From contig NW_026782051.1 of NCBI RefSeq assembly GCF_031769215.1, forward strand, positions 1,054,001 to 1,118,000: DNA of 64,000 nt, written 5' to 3'. The notes beneath the pieces are model-generated. The model searched no databases. It saw nothing but the letters and a program-made list of their open reading frames with translations, and was not told the DNA's origin. The position numbers were made by a program, and so were the translations under genes. Numbering within the stretch: the stretch's first letter is position 1; each line of letters opens with the position of its first letter. Shown one piece after another: positions 25,837-36,290 of this stretch. Source of the stretch: Ylistrum balloti. Taxonomy: Eukaryota.

Positions 25837-28012
25837 CATCTTCACATTTGTTATCTTCCTGTGGTTTGGGGGGTTGCCTGACAATAAGCTTTCCCTCCCA
25901 TTTGTTATCTTCCTGTGGTTGGGGGGTTGCCTGTCAGTAAGCTTTCCCTCTCATTTGTTATCTTCCTGTGGTTGGGGGGTTGCCAGACAATAAGCTTTCC
26001 CTCTCATTTGTTATCTTCCTGTGGTTGGGGGGTTGCCTGACAATAAGCTTTCCCTCCCATTTTTTATCTTCCTGTGGTTAGGGGGTTGCCTGACAGTAAG
26101 CTTTCCCTCCCATTTGTTATCTTCCTGTGGTTGGGGGGTTGCCTGACAATAAGCTTTCCCTCCCATTTTTTATCTTCCTGTGGTTGGGGGGTTGCCTGAC
26201 AATAAGCTTTCCCTCCCATTTGTTATCTTCCTGTGGTTAGGGGGTTGCCTGACAATAAGCTTTCCCTCCCATTTGTTATCTTCCTGTGGTTAGGGGGTTG
26301 CCTGACAATAAGCTTTCCCTCCCATTTGTTATCTTCCTGTGGTTGGGGGGTTGCCTGACAATAAGCTTTCCCTCCCATTTTTTATCTTCCTGTGGTTAGG
26401 GGGTTGCCTGGCAATAAGCTTTCCCTCCCATTTGTTATCTTCCTGTGTTTGGGGGGTTGCCTGACAATAAGCTTTCCCTCCCATTTGTTATCTTCCTGTG
26501 GTTGGGGGGTTGCCTGACAATAAGCTTTCCCTCCCATTTGTTATCTTCCTGTGGTTAGGGGGTTGCCTGACAATAAGCTTTCCCTCCCATTTTTTATCTT
26601 CCTGTGGTTAGGGGGTTGCCTGGCAATAAGCTTTCCCTCCCATTTGTTATCTTCCTGTGGTTGGGGGGTTGCCTGACAATAAGCTTTCCCTCCCATTTGT
26701 TATCTTCCTGTGGTTGGGGGGTTGCCTGACAATAAGCTTTCCCTCCCATTTGTTATCTTCCTGTGGTTAGGGGGTTGCCTGACAATAAGCTTTCCCTCCC
26801 ATTTGTTATCTTCCTGTGGTTGGGGGGTTGCCTGACAATAAGCTTTCCCTCCCATTTTTTATCTTCCTGTGGTTAGGGGGTTGCCTGGCAATAAGCTTTC
26901 CCTCCCATTTGTTATCTTCCTGTGTTTGGGGGGTTGCCTGACAATAAGCTTTCCCTCCCATTTGTTATCTTCCTGTGGTTGGGGGGTTGCCTGACAATAA
27001 GCTTTCCCTCCCATTTGTTATCTTCCTGTGGTTAGGGGGTTGCCTGACAATAAGCTTTCCCTCCCATTTTTTATCTTCCTGTGGTTAGGGGGTTGCCTGG
27101 CAATAAGCTTTCCCTCCCATTTGTTATCTTCCTGTGGTTGGGGGGTTGCCTGGCAATAAGCTTTCCCTCCCATTTGTTATCTTCCTGTGGTTGGGGGGTT
27201 GCCTGACAATAAGCTTTCCCTCCCATTTGTTATCTTCCTGTGGTTAGGGGGTTGCCTGACAATAAGCTTTCCCTCCCATTTTTTATCTTCCTGTGGTTGG
27301 GGGGTTGCCTGACAATAAGCTTTCCCTCCCATTTTTTATCTTCCTGTGGTTAGGGGGTTGCCTGACAATAAGCTTTCCCTCCCATTTGTTATCTTCCTGT
27401 GGTTTGGGGGGTTGCCTGACAATAAGCTTTCCCTCCCATTTGTTATCTTCCTGTGGTTGGGGGGTTGCCTGACAATAAGCTTTCCCTCCCATTTGTTATC
27501 TTCCTGTGGTTGGGGGGTTGCCAGACAATAAGCTTTCGATCCCATTTTTTATCTTCCTGTGGTTAGGGGGTTGCCTGACAATAAGCTTTCCCTCCCATTT
27601 GTTATCTTCCTGTGGTTGAGGGGTTGCCTGTCAGTAAGCTTTCGATCCCATTTTTTATCTTCCTGTGGTTAGGGGGTTGCCTGGCAATAAGCTTTCCCTC
27701 ACTTTATCTTCCTGTGGTTGAGGGGTTGCCTGGCAGTAAGCTTTCCCTCCCATTTTTTATCTTCCTGTGGTTGGGGGGTTGCCTGGCAATAAGCTTTCCC
27801 TCCCATTTGTTATCTTCCTGTGGTTTGGAGGTTGTCTGGCAATAAGCTTTCGTCCCATTTGTTATCTTCCTGTGGTTTGGGGGTTGTCTGGCAATAAGCT
27901 TTCCCTCCCATTTTTTATCTTCCTATGTTTTGACAGTTGCCTGGCAATAAGCTTTCCCTCTCATTTGTTATCTTCCTGTGGTTGGGGGGTTGCCAGACAA
28001 TAAGCTTTCCCT
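25837..28012. repeat. 53-bp minisatellite (~41 copies; CCTCCCATTTGTTATCTTCCTGTGGTTGGGGGGTTGCCTGACAATAAGCTTTC)
   Basis: Period 53 measured (26161 to 26214); G5-6 run and HindIII site per unit. Confidence 0.97.
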
Positions 28013-28371
28013 CTATTACTGGCCTCTATGATAATTGTTAACATCCCCTGGGATTATTGTTGTGTAAATAATATATAAATTCAAGTAATGCCAATACAGT
28101 GTTAGATAGCAAAACACACCAAATCACCTCTTTATTATGCATGCAGTCAATTAATAGTGTTTGACTCCACTTTTGACTGAACTAAACTGTTGTATTCATT
28201 GTAGTTTCACGATGTAAAAATATCTATTCTAATAATTATTAATGTATAGACTAACATCATGTATGTACATCGATTGAATAATATGAAATTTCCCTACATA
28301 AAGAGGTAATGGTACAGTTACTTGGTTATTGGGGACACAAGCAATTAATTGTACATCACTTTAAACAATAT

Positions 28372-28707
28372 TCAGTAAAACTTGTCAGTGTCATTCATCA
28401 AAGAGTTCTCCAGACTGAAGTCATACGTGTACTGGGAAAGGTTTAACTGTTGATGATCTAAGGATGGCCTATGGCCATGTAGAATATCAACCATAGTTTG
28501 GATTTGAGGATTCAACACAAAGGGCACATCTGAAATAGCGGTCCTGTGGCTGAGTGTGTCGTACTGGTCTTCCATGTCATTACCAGTATTTTGATTAATG
28601 TTTGCACACTGAGACATTTCTATACTCATACTGGAGGAAGTAGACAGAGAACGACAGTACTGCGTATAGGATGGAAGGTTGTCACTTGCATCTGTAGTTT
28701 CTTGATT
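28372..28707 (-). CDS. UMAD1: UMAD1-like coding exon 2 (UMA domain)
   Basis: TTCTTTTTCAG|AATCAA; DVPF...YDFSLE. Confidence 0.85.
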   Translation of the reverse strand, partial: NQETTDASDNLPSYTQYCRSLSTSSSMSIEMSQCANINQNTGNDMEDQYDTLSHRTAISDVPFVLNPQIQTMVDILHGHRPSLDHQQLNLSQYTYDFSLENSLMNDTDKFY

Positions 28708-29327
28708 CTGAAAAAGAATTCAGCTGTTTCTAAAATGTTGTTTTTATGAAGATTCTGATCTTTAAATGTCAATGTTAACGTATTATAAAAGCTATGTGAA
28801 TTGCTTACTTAATCAGTGTACAGTTGTCAGAAGCAGATGAATACCTACATGTATATATACTCTGTAAATGTATATATTTGAGCAGTAATCTTATTTATGC
28901 ACTTTCTGTTCTAAAAATTATGATTTCAATGCAACTATAGTAACCCTCCATACAAAAATGTTAAATTAGATTGATAAACTGGATTTTTATTTTTATTTTT
29001 GTTGAATTTTCTCTTTTTTTACTCAAAATAAAGACTCTTAATATGACTTATTGAATCCTCTTTAAGCAATTTAATAAAGTGATATTTGTATAATTTCTAG
29101 TATTATGTACAATAATATACCTGAGTCACACTGTTATAATCAGGAGGAGAATTCACATTTCCTGTAAAATCACATGTTCTTACAGTTGTCCTTTCACTTC
29201 TACTCTGGCCAACCAACAGGAAACCATCTTGTTCATTGTCTTGTGTTTGTCCCCTCACGCTGGGTGTATTAGTCTCCCGTTTGTTGTTTAACCGACCAGT
29301 AAACGGTCGGATTAGAGCAGAGAACAT
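28372..29327 (-). CDS. UMAD1: UBAP1-MVB12-associated (UMA) domain protein, UMAD1-like, ~180 aa; exons 29327-29121 and 28707-28372
   Basis: N-terminal MFSALIRPF...DGFLLVG and C-terminal ISDVPFVL...YTYDFSLENSL resemble human UMAD1 (MFHFFRKP...DGFVLLG; LSDVPFTL...WYDFTLENSVL). Phase-0 GT-AG intron. The start could be 18 nt further upstream (29345). Confidence 0.82.
29121..29327 (-). CDS. UMAD1: UMAD1-like coding exon 1
   Basis: Ends ACTCAG|GTATAT. Confidence 0.8.
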
Positions 29328-30669
29328 TTCTTGAGCCTGATTCATCCTTTGAAACTGTTTAGAGACTTTATATTCATCATAGGAAGACCTAAAATCTGTT
29401 TTTCATCAAGAATAGAGTTATCTACAAAAGAAAAAAAAAAGAAGAAAACATTAACACCAATTCCAAAATTTTGATGAGTCCCATTACTTAAAGAGATATA
29501 GTGAGTCCTCAAACTCTGAGTGAAACCCATATGAAAATAATGAGTGTGAGTTCATGAGGACTCAAATATCAGAGTCCCAAAAACACACTGTAAAATTAAA
29601 TATTGTTAATATGATGATTAAATGTACTACTTTGATTATAAATACATTTTGCTTTTTTTACTGATAAAATGTTACATTTCAGAAGAAATGTTTTGTTACA
29701 GTACATTATTTTAACTATATATATAGTAAACATTTTTTTATTACATTCTATTAGGAACAATAAGAATGTAATGATGCTTGATAAAAAAGATTGCCTAGAA
29801 AACCACCCATTGATATATATGTTAACAATCAACAACTGTGACAACATTGCAATTTACATCATTGTGTTTGTCACTATATCAGATCCACTGAGGATTCTTC
29901 TACTTATACATCTACCAACTAGTACCACTCACAGGACGTTGGACTCCTCCACCTCTTTTTATTTTCCTATTTCAGTTTTAGTTTGAAAAGGTAGGTATAT
30001 TATCCTCTCAGCTACTGGCTCTAACTTCTAAATAAATATGTTTTTGAACTTTTTGGTTTCTCTAAATTGAAGAAACTGATCATTGTAAATTAACTTTGAT
30101 AAATATTAGTTTGGTATTAATTTTATCAAAAAGACAGATTTCAACAATTTTCAAATGTAACTGTGTATCCATTTCATGTAAAAAATAATCCCAGTAAGAA
30201 ATATACTATAACTAAGTGTGAGGATTAACCTTGACAAAAATCCATATTCTGGGACATTTTCATTGATGTAACCATGTTAAAAGACTACTTTGTATGTGTT
30301 AAAGTAGCAGTTCTGGTCAGCTTTCTAGCATGACTAGTGGGAATTTCCCTTTAGTCAAGTGGAAGATCTAGTGTCCTGCTAGAGACCAAAAGATTACACC
30401 AACTCAACCAGGAAACATTTCTCTAATTTATTAAATACAGGATTAGATTACCTATGTACATATGTAAACTAGTAAACAGCCTGTCCATGTTTCACATTCT
30501 TAGGGTTTAATTTATATTGTTTAATGTCTTATATTAACAGATAAGGTCATTGAAGGATGGCATATTCCTAGGGAATCTTGGAAAATATAGCCAAGGTGAA
30601 ATCAAATTTACTTTACCATAAATGTTTATTGTACCCCCAATTAATTTTAGGCTTGTTTTTTGTACTTAC

Positions 30670-31420
30670 ATTTGTTACATCATTCCATTTCCATGTTGTT
30701 CTCAAGTCTATGTACCTGCCAGGGCTTGCCCTGTAAGTCACGTGCATACACTTTACTCGCAATGAGTATTAATTACACAATTCCGGGATCGCTCGGTGAC
30801 TCGCAATGAGTTCTTAATTATCACAACTCCGGGATCGCTCGGTGTTGCAGTGGGGTCGCCCACTTAACCTTATAACCTTCAGGGTCGCCTGGAGGTTGTG
30901 TTAGCTTTGAGGTTGCATGGGGATCGCCCCACTTTCAATTAATTATGTTGTAAGTAATTTTGCTTATTTGTAAGTAGATAGGTTTATTTTGTATCTTTGC
31001 TTTGTACCAGTTTATATTTTTTGTAAATTTAGTAGGAAGGTAGATAGTGAGCAGCCCCTAAGATTGCCAAAACCTAGTTTAGTTTTTTATTCCCATGTCC
31101 TGAACAAGGTAAAGTTAGTATTGATGTTCAATAAATTTTCATTTTCTCTGTCAACTGCTGTTTGTGTCATGTATAAACACAGTATAGCGTTAACTCTATC
31201 ACTGGACTGCCCTGTATATGTGAAATATAGCTATTATAGTAATGAAATCGCATAAAATAATTCTGTCTTTATACCTTTGTGACATATAAAGTATCGTATA
31301 AAGTACCTGTGATAATATCGTCAAATTGTTATATTGTACTTACCACTACTTGGCTGCTTGGCATACCATGAGGAAATTCATAATTGAACAAGATTCTAAT
31401 TTCAAACGTTCAATGTCGCG
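30670..31420 (-). other. Candidate 5' UTR exons of UMAD1-like gene (about 30730-30670, and one ending at 31344)
   Basis: Donors AAAT|GTAAGT and AGTG|GTAAGT, acceptor CTTACAG|; no frame joins productively to the CDS. Confidence 0.4.
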
Positions 31421-32160
31421 TTCTACCATCACCTAATTTGTGAAATATATAATACGTATTAAGTTTACAGTATATGATGACGAGACTTGGTGCCTACTAT
31501 CATGACTCAATAGTCCCCTAGTATTACTGGTTTCTTACGTCAACTATTTGCGATCTGACGTATAAAGTTAGGTCGCTTTCATTTATGCGGGCAAACCGAT
31601 TGGGGCACACTAAAACTACAAAATATACATCTACCACCATTTCAGCATAAATCGTTGCGGACCACTACCTATAAGTATTAACTCTTAGATATATCAAAAA
31701 TCAAAACAATAGGAGTTCCGTTATCATTGCCTTCACCAACACTAGATAAGTTTATTCTAAAATGTCCAATCGTTACATGGAAACGGCCTACTTTCATTTT
31801 TCATACCACCGGAAGTTGCTTTGTGGTGTTGTATTTATAATATACAATACGTTAAATCCGACTGTCTTTGTTGTTTATCGAATACAAATTAAAACTTATT
31901 TAAACATAATGATTCATTATTTATTCTAAAAGCATCACGGTAAATTCAACGCATAAGACTAATCATGATCATGAGACTTGAATGAATACCTATGATTATC
32001 AGAATCTGGTTCCGTTACAGTACCGACTCTAAACTTCGATTTCAATCTACGTCGCGTATAAGCTTGAAGTGTTCTTCCCCATAGAATTCAATCGCATAAG
32101 CAACGGAGATATAAGCTTACAAAATACCGCGAAACTACACACAACATCACATTTGCTTCG
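31420..32160. promoter_or_regulatory. Putative bidirectional promoter between UMAD1-like and RPA3
   Basis: Divergent gene starts; CpG-richer; ETS motif CCGGAAGT at 31809-31816. Confidence 0.55.
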
Positions 32161-32162
32161 CC

Positions 32163-32252
32163 ATGACTGATTTCTCCAGGACTCGCGTAAATGGCGCGAT
32201 GTTGCCATCATTCCAAGGAAGGGTCGTGTGTTTGTTGGGAATGGCCAAGGAT
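32163..32252 (+). CDS. RPA3: RPA3 exon 1
   Basis: GCCATG start; GAT|GTAAGT. Confidence 0.92.
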
Positions 32253-35099
32253 GTAAGTTGCTTTCATTAATTATGACTCGAGGCAATGTATTTTTTATCT
32301 GATCAGGGAAAACCACTGATTTGTGTACAAGACAAATGCTGGCCTTGACTATGAATTGGTTATTAACTTTTACAATATATTATTAAAAGTCGCAGTAATT
32401 TATGAAAAAAAATATATCTGAGAGACGCTTACTGAAAGCGGTGGCTACTTAGAAACTTGGTGTAACGGTCGCCGACGTAGTAACTACTATGGTAACAGAC
32501 CCTTGCAATAGTTCTAAATCAGACATCGACGGAAAGACATCTTTCGACCAACTTGCATGTTTGCCAAAGCCAATAAATGTTGCAAACCAAATATATAACT
32601 TTGTCATATTAGCCAACCCACCTGTTTGAAGACTTTCCTGTTTGACTTTAAGGCACGGAGAGTCAGTCATGCAATGTGGGCCCATCCAGGTGGTTTTGAC
32701 CATGTAATGACTGAAAAACCTATTTGATTGATTGAAAAACCTATTTGATATATAAATATTCATGCTTTATTTGATTTTGAACTGTTCAGTTCTGAAAATG
32801 AAATTTTGAGTTATTTGCCTTGGTATACAAATGACATTAAACATGTTATTTTTGACAGGTTGACCAGAATGGACAAGCATTTACATTGACAACAAGTGAT
32901 GGTCAAGATATTAGAGTCAACATGCAGGAACCGGTGAATGAAAAATAGAGAAAGGCGATCTCTGTAGAGATTTAATGATTTTGAAAATTTGTAATCATGC
33001 TTCCTGCAACATTAACATCATCATTTGTCTGAAGGATTCTGATAGAGGATTTTATATAAAAATCTGTGTATTTCAGGTTAAAGTTAATAAGTTGTTGAAA
33101 CTAAATAACACTATTTCTTGTCTGTGCCATTACTTCTGAATCATTGAAAATATTGTTACAAAAGTCAAGTTTTAAGCTCAATGAAAATTGCTGTGCATAC
33201 CTTTTTGTCACCCACTGATGAAGTGCAGTGCTTTGTAGATTCATGGTTATTTGTGTCAAAATTTTATTTTGCACTTATAGATACCATTAGCTACCAAACC
33301 TTACCAACAATGTTAATAGTAACACATGTCAAATCAATAAAAACAGTAAAATTTCTTGATCTTTACAGGTGCTCTTAAGCCACTTCAATAGTTGCAAATA
33401 TATATACTAATAAGGGGAATCATCTATTTTCGTTCATTAAAGCAAATCTCTAGTTGATATAATTGAGATGTAGTTTGCACTATAAGGTCTGATTTCTCAG
33501 ATATCCAGGAAACAATAAGGTGTTTCAACAGAAATATTCAGTCACACTTGATACATGAATACTCTAGCTGTTTTACTTGGTGCTAACATTTTGTAGTTGT
33601 TCAGTTTGGACCAGTTCACTGGTATTGAATTTCATGCATACATTGTATCTATAAACTGGTGTCCGGATACACGATGTCAGGCATACCAGATATTTTCGTT
33701 TAATGTAGAAATGTTCCCTGGGTATTTAATTTCAATCTTCATTGACCAAAAATATTGCTGGATTAAATTCCCTGTGCATATCACCTACTATTCAGTAACA
33801 CTATCTATATATATCTAGCTGTCAATATTACATGGACAATATTTAGAAGAACTTTGATCTTAATAGTTGAACTCACTAATTTATGTTTACTTTCAGTTAA
33901 GTGAATATGTTGCTGGTTTGACTGAAGTCGAAGGCCAGGTCCAGTCTAACAATGCTGTTGTTTGTCAAAACTATATCACCTTCCCTCAGGAAACCTCTGA
34001 TACATTTGGTAATTATTTGGTTAAAAGCATATTACTGGTATGATTGTAATTTGTTTACCATGTTTTCCTGATTATATGAATTAAAGTTTTCCTCTTGTGA
34101 GTGCAGCTTTTATCGGTGTGGCTTACATGTGTGTGTGGGGGGGTGGGAATCGGTAGAGTTAAAAAAAAGAAACTGTGGTATACCAGAATGAGACAGTATT
34201 TTAATTTTTTTAACGAGTACCCACCACATGTTTGTGATTGAAGCAGATCACCATTACTTGTAGTCATAAACATTATAATTTGAAGATTGCAGTATAAAAA
34301 CATTTTCGTGGATTTAATTAATCATACCTGTTAATATGAATCAAAATAAAATCTTCTTGACTTTCACAGTTACATTACAGTAATTACAAGAAGGCTGGAT
34401 TTTAGAGTAGCCAATTGCACTCTTGGATCGATAGGTCTAGAAATTCTAGAAAGATTGCCATGCTTGTTTACGATGTGAATGGCTTTGTGTAACTTACAAG
34501 AAGAAATGCAAAAATTTTGTCATCATGCAATGAACCTTCAATAAGATATAACAGTAGACACCAGTAAAGAGATTTTTTTTAGTAAAACCATATGTAACAT
34601 CAAGTCCTATATCTGTGTGTAGACAAATTTTGAAGGCCTCAAGCCAGATGAGTTCGATAATTTGAATTTTAAGATATATCAATGAGATAAAGGAATATTT
34701 GTAAACAATTCATTTGCAAATTTTGTTAAATGTTTGACTGAAGATCTTGATAATTGCCTTCACTTGTTTGTAATATCAACAAACTTTAGTCACCATTGTA
34801 AGAAACGATGAGGCTTATATTTCAGTGTGGCTAATGTGTGGATCAATTAAATATATCAAAATAAATGTATTAAAGAGTGATCCATGATAATTCACTCAAC
34901 TATGATAGATGTGCATTATTTCCCAAGAAAATGTGAAGACTTGAATTTTGAAATTTTTCAATGGTAAAATGGACTGCAAAAAAATCACCTATGATAATTG
35001 TATTTGTTAAATTTTGTTACAGATATGAAGATGTACAATGATGCTGTTGAACTTGCTTCAAGATTCTCAAATCACTATATTGTTGGAGTACAGGGATAG
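32163..35099 (+). CDS. RPA3: Replication protein A 14 kDa subunit, 117 aa; exons 32163-32252, 32859-32933, 33897-34008, 35023-35099
   Basis: Spliced product MTDFSRTRVNGAMLPSFQGRVVCLLGMAKD/VDQNGQAFTLTTSDGQDIRVNMQEP/LSEYVAGLTEVEGQVQSNNAVVCQNYITFPQETSDTF/DMKMYNDAVELASRFSNHYIVGVQG aligns end-to-end with RPA3 as recalled; GT-AG introns, phases 0,0,1. Confidence 0.93.
32859..32933 (+). CDS. RPA3: RPA3 exon 2
   Basis: TTTGACAG|GTT...CCG|GTGAAT. Confidence 0.9.
33897..34008 (+). CDS. RPA3: RPA3 exon 3
   Basis: CTTTCAG|TTA...TTTG|GTAATT. Confidence 0.92.
35023..35099 (+). CDS. RPA3: RPA3 exon 4
   Basis: TTGTTACAG|AT; DMKMYNDAV...TAG. Confidence 0.92.
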
Positions 35100-36172
35100 T
35101 GACGTAAAATAGAGCTAAACATTTCACTGAGCTGATTATTTACCAGAAGCATCTCTACATAAACTGTAAACAGCTGCACCAAGAGCAGTCTGCTGGTGCA
35201 GTTAGACTTGTGCATAACTGTAGACAACCAAAAGCAGGAAACTTGTACTGTAATGCAATGCATATGGATTGGGTCTTGGAGTTGCACTGAAAACTGTTTT
35301 CTGGACAAAGAATGAATTAAAATGATGAAGAAAACGGATACAGTTCATTTTTCATTGAATGGGAGTAGTCTGTATGTGCAGTCATTGTGTAAATAAACAT
35401 AATTTAACATTACATTGATGTCTTTTATTTTGAATTTAAGGTGATAAGGAAAACATGCTGTTTGATAATAAACTTCTGTTGTATTATTTGAACTTTTCTG
35501 ATGCCATGTTAATATAACAATGACTTTTTGGTAACAGAGCCATGGTATAACTGTCTTTATCAAATAGAATTGAAATTTAATAATGTGGCTTTGATTTAGA
35601 AAAAAAAAACTCATGATGATATTGTCTGATCCTTATGACTGTAATTAATGACTTTGACTTTTGAATATGGACTCAAAACATTTTGACTTCAATATTGTCC
35701 AGCCCTAATACATCCTAGTATGTGACTTCTGGGATAGCATGGGACACATGGTATACTGGTGTTTATGGGGAAACTTTACCACTTTTTCACTTTTAAGATT
35801 TTAGCCCTTTTTCCAATACAGTGAAATTAAAAGTTTGTTGTTCAATGTGAGATATGTGGTTTTCAGATGTCGATTAAAAACTTCTCAACATAATATTATT
35901 TTTTCAATGTATGATGTGATCCATTGAATGTTTAGATCTGCTGTTAAAATTGATTTGTCCCGAGATCTCCCATACTTTGGGGTGAATATTTTCCTTTATT
36001 ATTGCATGTATTTTTCTGTTACTGGATACAGTAGTGACTTTCCTATTTTCCCCAACTCCTGGTGTTCGAAGGCTTGTTCCCAGTGTATCCATTTCTGTGC
36101 AAGATGTTGACATCAGAGAAATAAACTAAAAACAATATTTTGGAACATTTTCCTCAGGTTGGCAATAACAGT

Positions 36173-36290
36173 AGAATAGAAATTCCTTTAACACAACTAG
36201 TAGAAGATTTCAGGGTGACATTTCAATGACTATACGGTCGCCTTCATAAGACAAATCTTCTACTAGTTGTATTATAAGAAATTCTATTCT
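36173..36290. repeat. Small fold-back element (imperfect ~38-bp inverted arms, 18-bp perfect core)
   Basis: ACAACTAGTAGAAGATTT (36193-36210) / AAATCTTCTACTAGTTGT (36253-36270); outer AGAATAGAA / TTCTATTCT. Confidence 0.75.

Noticed and set aside
27283-28003. Short ORFs in the 53-bp array
   Set aside because: Repeat artefacts.
32449-32763. 104-aa minus-strand ORF
   Set aside because: Inside RPA3 intron 1, antisense, with no recognisable motif.
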